The notes under the pieces are model-generated. The model was not told the origin of the DNA. It made no database searches and worked only from the letters and a program-made list of their open reading frames with translations. From the IMG/VR virus record IMGVR_UViG_3300027688_000007, positions 1-44,452 of that record: a stretch of 44,452 bases of DNA. The stretch is one strand, 5' to 3'. Source of the DNA: a virus (lineage: Duplodnaviria; Caudoviricetes). The position numbers were made by a program, and so were the translations under genes. Of this stretch, positions 1 to 7,561 are shown piece after piece. Within the stretch, counting starts at the first letter, position 1. Each line of letters begins with the position of its first letter.

Positions 1-36
1 ACAGTATACCATACGTGAGGCAATTCTTTTGAGCAT
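1..36 (-). CDS. 5' fragment of a hypothetical protein running off the window edge (MLKKNCLTYGIL...)
   Basis: ATG at 36-34 on the minus strand, preceded by an AGGAG RBS, directly after the stop of the 510-aa ORF. Confidence 0.5.
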   Translation of the reverse strand, partial: MLKRIASRMVYC

Positions 37-53
37 AACAAACTCCTGTAATA

Positions 54-1586
54 CTACTTAACATGGGACGGAACATAACATGCAACAACAGAAAGCAATT
101 CTTTCTTAACTCTATTAACTGCAGTATCAATAGCAGGCAAAAGTAGTCTGTTTACCCCATAGCTATTAGCTTTCCATTTCCTAAGTAGTTGTCTGGCATC
201 AACAGTAACATTAGACCAATTACTAGGCACATTAATACCTAACTGATTGCAAAACTGAATAGTACCCGGCAAGCAGTTTCCAGCGTTCTTAGAATCCATC
301 ATGTTGATAGACTCTAACCACACTAATTTACGAGCATAATTAGCCAACTCTTTTCTTCTGTTCTGCAATGTCTCATTCTGTTGTCTACGATATCCTAAAC
401 GTATCGTTAACTGCTCTAATGCAGTAGCATTAGCATCGGTACAACTCAACAACATGGCGGAAGTTATAGGAGTGTGATACCAGTCTATTGATCTGATGCT
501 ACCATCAATAATGTGGCTTCCTGTTTTGCCTAAGAAGTAACACTTTGACTGCTCCGAAGTACTAGTACCCCATGTTATACAGTCCCCACTATAAACAGGG
601 ATATCAGTTTCGAGATGTCTAATGCTACCAACTAACAACAATTGACTGCAGACTATGGTTCTAACGTAGGGCGATACGTTAGCGGCGTTAATGTATGCCA
701 GTTTATTAGTGCTACTGTATTGCTCTTTCCAGTTATCAACGTGAGGCAATAATTCTAATGCAGATTCCACGTTTTTGATGTCTTTAATCCAACCAAGTCT
801 ATTTTGATACGTCTTAGACTTAGACACAAACTGAGTTAAATTTAAGCAGCGTACATGCTTTGAATATCTTCCGTTATATCGTTCCTTACTATCTTTTAAC
901 GGTCTAGTGTGCATGTGCCAAGACGTGGAACTAGTAACGATATCAACACCGTCCTTAAACGACTTCCTACCAATTAGACCCTTATCGTCAGTTAACGGCT
1001 TAACCAGTTTGAACATAACACCAGGCAAACATATTCGACTAGCAAAATGGCCATTAATAGAACCCAGTAAAGGGTTCTGATTACCGACATAACCACTATT
1101 GACAAGTGATATCATCAATAGATTCTGTAGTCTACGCTGACCAATATTGCGTGGTACTAGTTCGAGTAATTGCTTTCTATATTCAGCAAACTGGTTAGCA
1201 TATTGCGTTAGTATTTCCAAGTCTGCATTATAACCAAACTGCAGATTAACAGTCTCCGCCATGTATTCGGCACGTTGCTTCCAGGTATCACCTAACTCAA
1301 TTTTACGTAATTGGTTTCCCGGTGTGCCTACAGTGTGGCCACTACTTCTATTGCGTCCCCAGCCGCCACCCCGTGTATGGTAATAGTCTTCTGAATGTAA
1401 CGTGGTAGGGAGATTATTCTGCTTTTTATTTCTCTGTTCAATAGTTCTAACTGTATTCATTAATGCAGAGTGTGAATGTAATATACGCTGCATTAGTACT
1501 AACACCAATCTAAACCGATTAACAGTATCCCCACTAGTAGTAGCCGATTCGATAGAGCGGCAGATACACTCAAAATTGTTAACCAT
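54..1586 (-). CDS. Hypothetical phage protein, 510 aa
   Basis: Long ORF with a GAGGG RBS-like sequence upstream; no family recognised. Confidence 0.8.
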   Translation of the reverse strand: MVNNFECICRSIESATTSGDTVNRFRLVLVLMQRILHSHSALMNTVRTIEQRNKKQNNLPTTLHSEDYYHTRGGGWGRNRSSGHTVGTPGNQLRKIELGDTWKQRAEYMAETVNLQFGYNADLEILTQYANQFAEYRKQLLELVPRNIGQRRLQNLLMISLVNSGYVGNQNPLLGSINGHFASRICLPGVMFKLVKPLTDDKGLIGRKSFKDGVDIVTSSTSWHMHTRPLKDSKERYNGRYSKHVRCLNLTQFVSKSKTYQNRLGWIKDIKNVESALELLPHVDNWKEQYSSTNKLAYINAANVSPYVRTIVCSQLLLVGSIRHLETDIPVYSGDCITWGTSTSEQSKCYFLGKTGSHIIDGSIRSIDWYHTPITSAMLLSCTDANATALEQLTIRLGYRRQQNETLQNRRKELANYARKLVWLESINMMDSKNAGNCLPGTIQFCNQLGINVPSNWSNVTVDARQLLRKWKANSYGVNRLLLPAIDTAVNRVKKELLSVVACYVPSHVK

Positions 1587-1663
1587 GATAATACACCCTC
1601 TTTCAGAACTAACCTAAGAAACAAACCAAAACACCACAACAACTCTACACAATGCCAGGACGT

Positions 1664-1924
1664 TTATGCAACGTCAAGTAATCGGAAAACACAACCCTTA
1701 ACGTGAACGATATCGCCAAAACGGTCAACCCCTGAGAATGAGTAATGGCCATTCCAACCGACAATTTCAGTAGCATTCTCTAGCATTTCACGTTCAGCAT
1801 TCAACCGTCGGTTTAGTTCCATTTTCGCAGCAACAACAGTTTCAAATGGTTGAGAACGTAGCCCCTGAACGCTGTAACCGTAGTGTGATGCTGAACCGTC
1901 ATATTCCACACAAACTAGAAACAT
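1664..1924 (-). CDS. Small hypothetical protein, 86 aa
   Basis: AGGAG RBS upstream; co-oriented with the 510-aa ORF. Confidence 0.75.
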   Translation of the reverse strand: MFLVCVEYDGSASHYGYSVQGLRSQPFETVVAAKMELNRRLNAEREMLENATEIVGWNGHYSFSGVDRFGDIVHVKGCVFRLLDVA

Positions 1925-2290
1925 GGTGAACTCCTGTTGGTTGTCGTTAACTGTTAAACACTAGAACCGAGTGAGCAGTAGACAGTATCGGCAAATGCTC
2001 TGCAATACCTGTAACGCATTATTTCAGATGACAGCATAGAATCATATTGACTACAGATAGCAGATCAGATTGATACACAGGGTAAAAAGTGAGACAATCC
2101 GCACACCGTCTAGAATCGCATAGGATAGGGCAAGAACGAATAGTATGCTTCAACAGGTACAATGTGTCACACCATGTAGCGGTATCACGTTGAATACACT
2201 TTTGATGGTATGTGTACTCAATGGGACATACCCTCTGTATCACATTGATACATCATCGCTCTACCATGCTGTACTGTAGTGTGGTTAGTA

Positions 2291-2482
2291 GCATACCCTA
2301 CAGCGTACACTCTACAGCATACCCTATAGTGTAGTGTATCAACCACACTACGATACCACACTCTGTTTGGTATCGTCGATGTACAGTGTACCCTACAGTG
2401 TACCCTACAGCATAGCCTACAGCGTACCACACTACCATACCCCATGTAACATATACTGTGCTGTAATATTTACTGTGCTGTA
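2291..2482. repeat. Degenerate 12-bp tandem repeats (TACAGYRTASCM) plus a direct repeat TACTGTGCTGTA
   Basis: Four units at 12-bp period at 2382-2429, related units at 2291-2330, and TACTGTGCTGTA at 2454-2465 and 2471-2482. Confidence 0.75.
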
Positions 2483-2652
2483 GTCATGCTGAGTATACTA
2501 TCACCTACTCAGTGTGTGATTTTTAAAGAACGTACAGGGGCTGGGTGATATATTTGAAGTATATACCCCATCGGCTAGGTGATATATTGCCGGAGTACCT
2601 ACACGGGGACCGACGCCAACAAAACGACACAAAAATAATCACAAATTGTGCC

Positions 2653-2682
2653 TTGACAAGATCATATTAAGATCAATAGCAT
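2653..2682 (+). promoter_or_regulatory. Sigma70-like promoter upstream of the small terminase
   Basis: TTGACA-N18-TAGCAT. Confidence 0.5.
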
Positions 2683-2829
2683 TCAGACCGTCTAGGAGTG
2701 GACCTAGATCAACTCATCCTATCTCAACAGTAGAAAGACAATCGATCCAATGGCAGCACAAACTCAGGTCCAATGTAGGCTCACAGCAACTATTATCAAG
2801 TACTACGTCCAGTAAGGTATCAACTACTA

Positions 2830-3336
2830 ATGCCAGCACCTACAAGAAGATCAAAAGCTGAACGAGAGATGTTTGCAGAGGACCATACTAGACCCCGCAC
2901 TGCAGACAACATCGTACAAACAGTATCATTGACACCACCAGACCGCATTATAGACAATCCATTAAAGCTAGACACATGGAACTACATCTGTAATGACCTT
3001 GCCGCAAGGTCTTTGCTGAGCAGTAGCTATATCATGCCTATCACGATGCTTGTTGACAACATTGTCAGCTACAATGAGTATCTAGCTATGCTAGAGGCAT
3101 CAGGACCAGTAGCACCCGTCATGGATAAGACTGGTGAACACATTGTTAGGTACGTTGAGAACCCACTATTCAGCATAGTGAAGCGTACTGAAGCCATTAT
3201 CATCAAACTGTGTGAGAAGTTTGGACTAGATCCTAGAGACTCTGTTTATGTCACCAACCCAGACATTAAGACTCAAGCAATCGAAGCTCAAGCTACGGAC
3301 TCTAAGAGGAAAGGAATCAACTACTTTGCATCCTAA
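2830..3336 (+). CDS. terS: Terminase small subunit, P27 family
   Basis: Basic N-terminus, PP..W pattern and ENP...KFGLDPRDS, matching the P27-type NP...FGLTP.SR motif. Confidence 0.8.
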   Translation: MPAPTRRSKAEREMFAEDHTRPRTADNIVQTVSLTPPDRIIDNPLKLDTWNYICNDLAARSLLSSSYIMPITMLVDNIVSYNEYLAMLEASGPVAPVMDKTGEHIVRYVENPLFSIVKRTEAIIIKLCEKFGLDPRDSVYVTNPDIKTQAIEAQATDSKRKGINYFAS

Positions 3337-3754
3337 ATTCTCACTCTCAGCAGATCCTATTCTGCAGCGTCTTCAACTCGATGACCTAATAAAGGAGTCA
3401 CAACACTCACTAGAAAGACTAACATCCCCCATAATCATCTTCACTGTGGAAGAACTAGAACCACACAACAAGAGAATATTCGATAACAAGTCCAATTGGT
3501 CATACAACCCACCAGCAACAAGATTTGCTGTAATAGGCTACTACTAACCAACTAACACTCTTTCGTCAGTGCTGATCTGATGAAATTCTTGCCGTCAAGG
3601 ACGCTCGACACGGTCAGGACGATATAAACCCCGTCCTGACCTGTCCAAGGGGCTTCTTGCCCTATCCTGTGCGACGTGGCGAGGCATTTCTGACCTCAGC
3701 AAGACCTCAATGCGGACCATTAGACCACTGAACAACCCACTGAACACTGTGTAA

Positions 3755-3964
3755 ATGTTCAGTACACACAATAACTTACTGTGGATAGAGTCAATGAACC
3801 AACAACAAAAAGAGATCATAGTACGTATTATGGATGACATGGTTACGCTAATCGAACAACTGGATAAGAGAGTTACTAAACTAGAAGAAACCACTAAACC
3901 TAAACGTACAGAACAACAAAACAAGTTGGATGATCTGAATCGATTCGATCATTTCTTTAATTGA
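3755..3964 (+). CDS. Small coiled-coil hypothetical protein (start may be ATG 3794)
   Basis: Heptad pattern IEQLDKRVTKLEE. Confidence 0.45.
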   Translation: MFSTHNNLLWIESMNQQQKEIIVRIMDDMVTLIEQLDKRVTKLEETTKPKRTEQQNKLDDLNRFDHFFN

Positions 3965-4053
3965 GAATTTTCCCTCGTGCGTACGTGTGTGCGTACGGGG
4001 GATATAATATTAATATAACAACCACAATCTCAAATCATTCCGAAGGAATAGGA

Positions 4054-4190
4054 GTTGTTTGTTAGTAGTTGTAGTTAATAATAGTTTTGTATTCTGAAGG
4101 AACGAAGTGACTGAAGAATAAAAACTATTACTTAACGGAAACTACTAACAAACAACGTACTAACACTACTACTACTACGTAGTAGTAGTG
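4054..4190. repeat. Long imperfect inverted repeat plus a (CTA)n/(TAG)n palindrome
   Basis: GTTGTTTGTTAGTAGTT (4054-4070) pairs with 4140-4156, with nested inner stems; CACTACTACTAC-TAC-GTAGTAGTAGTG at 4164-4190. Confidence 0.85.
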
Positions 4191-4232
4191 ATAACAATAT
4201 TGAACAATTTCAAATTTATCAACTTCCCAGTC

Positions 4233-4261
4233 TTGACATACCCTCACTCCAAGATTACACT
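4233..4261 (+). promoter_or_regulatory. Sigma70-like promoter upstream of the holin
   Basis: TTGACA-N17-TACACT. Confidence 0.7.
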
Positions 4262-4429
4262 AACCCCAACGACAGCAACTGACGTGCTGCTCAATTGTGC
4301 AAATTGCACATACTACTGAGACGGAAAATCCCGTAACACACCCGCTAACACTGCCGACTAATAGATTAACTTTCTAGGTTAGTCGATACTGCAATGCTCT
4401 GGCGGGTTTCTTCACTCAAGGCAACTGCT

Positions 4430-4588
4430 ATGGATCAGAAGCTACAAGGTCAGATCCGTACCCTACTAGCAGCACTAGCTGGAATTGCAGTAACACTAGG
4501 ATGGACTGACGAACAACTAGCCGGAACAGTAATTGGTATTGGCATGTTACTAATAACCTCCCTCTGGTCATGGAAATCAAAGAAATGA
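4430..4588 (+). CDS. Putative holin, two transmembrane segments, 52 aa
   Basis: IRTLLAALAGIAVTLGW...VIGIGMLLITSLWSW followed by a basic KSKK tail, a typical small phage holin pattern. Confidence 0.7.
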   Translation: MDQKLQGQIRTLLAALAGIAVTLGWTDEQLAGTVIGIGMLLITSLWSWKSKK

Positions 4589-4923
4589 ATACAATCGAAT
4601 ACTGCAAGTCAGTCGTATCACGAACTGAAGGACTAAGTGAAGGCGATGGGGTAGAGAGTATAGCTACTATCATCGCTATTGTACTGCCTATCCTATCTCA
4701 GCTACCTTGTCTGCAAGCTAAGACACCTGAACAGAAGCGAGAATGGGTAGAAGATCACCCACGACTAGCAATAGTAACTACGATGCAGCAACTTCGAAAG
4801 AATGACGGCATCAATCGCAAGAAGGTATCACGAGAGCAGTACCTTAAAATGTCTGAGAAGGTTATCAATGACTATCTCAACACGACAGACGCTGATATCC
4901 GACAGATGGGTATCGAACTGTAG
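4585..4923 (+). CDS. Hypothetical membrane-associated protein
   Basis: ATGA overlap with the holin; hydrophobic IATIIAIVLPILSQLPC segment. Confidence 0.75.
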   Translation: MNTIEYCKSVVSRTEGLSEGDGVESIATIIAIVLPILSQLPCLQAKTPEQKREWVEDHPRLAIVTTMQQLRKNDGINRKKVSREQYLKMSEKVINDYLNTTDADIRQMGIEL

Positions 4924-4942
4924 ACCAAACTGAATAAACCAT

Positions 4943-4980
4943 AGAGCAACAGTCATCGTAAGGTGCCTGTTGCTTTTTCT
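4943..4980 (+). terminator. Intrinsic terminator-like hairpin
   Basis: AGCAACAG...CTGTTGCT followed by TTTTCT. Confidence 0.55.
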
Positions 4981-5004
4981 GTATCTAGACTACAAGAATT
5001 CCCC

Positions 5005-5919
5005 ATGAAAACTAATGCTTTCTACTTCAGTGCATTCGTACTACAGCTAACGATAGCTGTATGCCTCCCAGTAAGAGGTATTCATTGTTATGGGGACGAA
5101 GTAAAACCCATATCAACACTACCTGACATCCTACTGCCGATGACTCCAGTGCTGGTGCAGCCTGTTGTCGATATCGTACCTGTCCCACCACCCAAACCAA
5201 CACCACAAGCTGAAGTAATCACTAGCCTGCCGTCAGACACATGGTTCATATTCGAATCTAAAGAACAACTACTAGTCACTGGCTCTCCACTAAATCTAAT
5301 ACAGGTCAAACAGTATGACGTATCTAAGATTAGCCGTAGCTTCATCGGTAAGTTTGTTGATGGTAGTGGATCGCCAGATGAGGAAAGAACATACCCTACC
5401 AGCGAAGATTACAAGTGGCTGTATTCCATTAAAGCTAAGAAATCCGGTACTGTAGAGCTAATCCTATATAAGCAGGGAGTTACTACAGAAGAGGGGTTAG
5501 TACGTCAGACACTAACGGTGATGGGACACGCACCCAATCCACCACCAGACGTAGTTCCTGATGTAACTCCTGATATTCCTCCCACTGGACTACGTGTAAT
5601 GTTTCTTTACGAAGAAACAGCACCACTATCAATTCTCAATACTGTTAACTCTACAGAACTAACTCAATGGCTGAACGATAACTGTGCTGAAGACCCTGAC
5701 GGTAGACCGGGATGGCGACGATGGGATAGGTCTACTGTAATCACCACTGGAGTAGCTGCAGAAACAGAAGTATGGCGTAAACTGTGGGATGCAGTAAAAA
5801 CCAAAGGTACTGCAGACAACACAATGTACATTGTGACTGATACCGAGATACGATCAAAGTACATAACCAACCTGAAGGACACTCTAGCTTATCTTCAGCA
5901 AGCAAAGGACGGTAAGTAA
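5005..5919 (+). CDS. Secreted or membrane-anchored protein with Pro-rich linkers
   Basis: Hydrophobic N-terminus MKTNAFYFSAFVLQLTIAVC; PVPPPKPTP and PNPPPDVVPDVTPDIPP linkers separate two domains. Confidence 0.8.
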   Translation: MKTNAFYFSAFVLQLTIAVCLPVRGIHCYGDEVKPISTLPDILLPMTPVLVQPVVDIVPVPPPKPTPQAEVITSLPSDTWFIFESKEQLLVTGSPLNLIQVKQYDVSKISRSFIGKFVDGSGSPDEERTYPTSEDYKWLYSIKAKKSGTVELILYKQGVTTEEGLVRQTLTVMGHAPNPPPDVVPDVTPDIPPTGLRVMFLYEETAPLSILNTVNSTELTQWLNDNCAEDPDGRPGWRRWDRSTVITTGVAAETEVWRKLWDAVKTKGTADNTMYIVTDTEIRSKYITNLKDTLAYLQQAKDGK

Positions 5920-6716
5920 TGTTCTCATCACAGCTATACCCGAACGAGATCATCATTAACGATGATGAATCAACCCAGAAGTATACAGTACCGGGAGTAG
6001 ACCACTACAAAGGGCTACTACTTGAAATGCGTGGTCCTAGAGACTACGAATACGATGGACTAGCTACACCATTCCCTAGCAACTTGCTTATCCCCAAGAG
6101 TGAATGGCAAGCACGTATTCAAGAACAGCAAGAACTGAAGTGTCGCATCAGTGACCAGATCTTCCAAGCTAAACTACCTCATAAAGACCAGTCTAACACT
6201 AACTACTGCTGGATTAATGCTCCAATTCACTGTGTAGAAATTGCCAGACTAATAGCTAACCAGAAGACAGTAATTCTAAGCCCTGCATCTGTTGGTGCTA
6301 AGATCAAGAACTACCGCAATGTCGGTGGTTGGGGTAAAGAAGGTCTGGAAGGCATTATCAAGTGGGGTGCTGCACCTGTAGAACTCTGGCCCGCTAATGC
6401 TATCGACAAGAAGTATGATACACAGGCTACACGAGATGTAGCACTTAACTACAAGCCTGTTGAATGGTTTGAGTGTGTCCCACGCAACCTAGAACAAATG
6501 GTTAGCATGTTGCTTCGACTAAAACCGGGAGCAGCAGGACTTAACTGGTGGGGACACGAAGTCACATACTGCGATGTAGTATGGTTAGACGGTACCGTAG
6601 CTGTTAGAGCTAGAAACTCATGGAAGGGTTACGGAGACTTCGGATTCTTTACACTACAGGGCAGTAAGATGATGGCGGACGACTTAGTCTTCCCATCTAC
6701 AGCACTTGCTTCATAG
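5919..6716 (+). CDS. Papain-like (C1/clan CA) cysteine protease
   Basis: DQSNTNYCW (oxyanion Gln and catalytic Cys), WWGHEV (His), ARNSW (Asn) followed by YGDFGF. Confidence 0.85.
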   Translation: MFSSQLYPNEIIINDDESTQKYTVPGVDHYKGLLLEMRGPRDYEYDGLATPFPSNLLIPKSEWQARIQEQQELKCRISDQIFQAKLPHKDQSNTNYCWINAPIHCVEIARLIANQKTVILSPASVGAKIKNYRNVGGWGKEGLEGIIKWGAAPVELWPANAIDKKYDTQATRDVALNYKPVEWFECVPRNLEQMVSMLLRLKPGAAGLNWWGHEVTYCDVVWLDGTVAVRARNSWKGYGDFGFFTLQGSKMMADDLVFPSTALAS

Positions 6717-6728
6717 AGAGACGGAACG

Positions 6729-7268
6729 ATGAAGTATATACTGGCATGGATGTTACTCTTCACCTCAGCAAGTTATGCAGACGAATGGGAATTCGAGTTT
6801 GTACAACCAAAAGAACCAGTAGAACACAGCTACTATGTTGTTATGTTCTCTGCCTCTTGGTGTGGTCCTTGTAAGAGCTACAAACAAAGTGGCAAACTAG
6901 ACAAGATAACTAACGGTGGGATAAAAGTTGTTGTAGTAGATACCGACACTAACACCACCTACTACAAAGGTTCCGTTCCTAGGTTTTGGATCTGCCGGAA
7001 CAAAATCAGAGTTCATGAGTTCGCAGTAGGTGCTATTGAACCTGAAAAAATACTAAAGAAAATAGAAGAGTTAAATAAACCGAAAGCACCAACCAACCCA
7101 AATGTGTATAACGGCAAACCAAACAACTCCCATACTAATCGTCAAAGCCTAATAAACCATTTAATCTCTGAGGGTATACACAAGGGAAAATATAGTATTT
7201 CTCACTTAAATAGTCTAAGTGATACTGACCTTGACAATCTTCATTCATTAGACCATAATACGAAGTAG
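6729..7268 (+). CDS. Secreted thioredoxin-family protein with a His-rich C-terminal domain
   Basis: Signal peptide MKYILAWMLLFTSASYA; FSASWCGPC active site; cis-Pro-type VPRF motif. Confidence 0.85.
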   Translation: MKYILAWMLLFTSASYADEWEFEFVQPKEPVEHSYYVVMFSASWCGPCKSYKQSGKLDKITNGGIKVVVVDTDTNTTYYKGSVPRFWICRNKIRVHEFAVGAIEPEKILKKIEELNKPKAPTNPNVYNGKPNNSHTNRQSLINHLISEGIHKGKYSISHLNSLSDTDLDNLHSLDHNTK

Positions 7269-7278
7269 GATATTCGAA

Positions 7279-7530
7279 ATGGAACTCAGTGCAGAAACTG
7301 TACTTGCAGCGGTAACTGGTTTGGGTGCGTTGCTTTCGGGTGCTGTGGCTAGAATGTGGGTAGCCTTTACTTCTGAATTGAAAGACTGCAAAGAAGATAG
7401 GCGAGGCTTACATATTAAAGTAGACGGACTCCATACGTATATAGTTGGGGTAGCTTCTAAGTTAGGTAAAGTAGAAGGACTACTGCAGGAAAAAGAAGAC
7501 AAGCGTAAGAGTGATGACGAAGTAGAATAA
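7279..7530 (+). CDS. Single-TM coiled-coil membrane protein (holin/antiholin-like)
   Basis: Hydrophobic VLAAVTGLGALLSGAVARMWVAF then a charged coiled coil. Confidence 0.6.
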   Translation: MELSAETVLAAVTGLGALLSGAVARMWVAFTSELKDCKEDRRGLHIKVDGLHTYIVGVASKLGKVEGLLQEKEDKRKSDDEVE

Positions 7531-7561
7531 AACTAAACTATTAGTGATGTGGAGTTGATAC

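Noticed and set aside
2019-2445. ORFs 2019-2243 and 2218-2445
   Set aside because: Their low-complexity Cys/Arg/Val translations arise from the DNA repeats; probably non-coding
2291-2482. CRISPR array
   Set aside because: Units are 12-bp tandem repeats without unique spacers; the PD-(D/E)XK gene sits in a recombination context
3248-3547. 99-aa ORF overlapping the terS end
   Set aside because: It overlaps terS by 89 bp, has no clear RBS and no motif; a shorter gene here cannot be excluded
3577-3585. Hammerhead ribozyme core CTGATGA
   Set aside because: It pairs with TTTCGTCAG in a simple hairpin, and no stem II-GAAA arrangement follows
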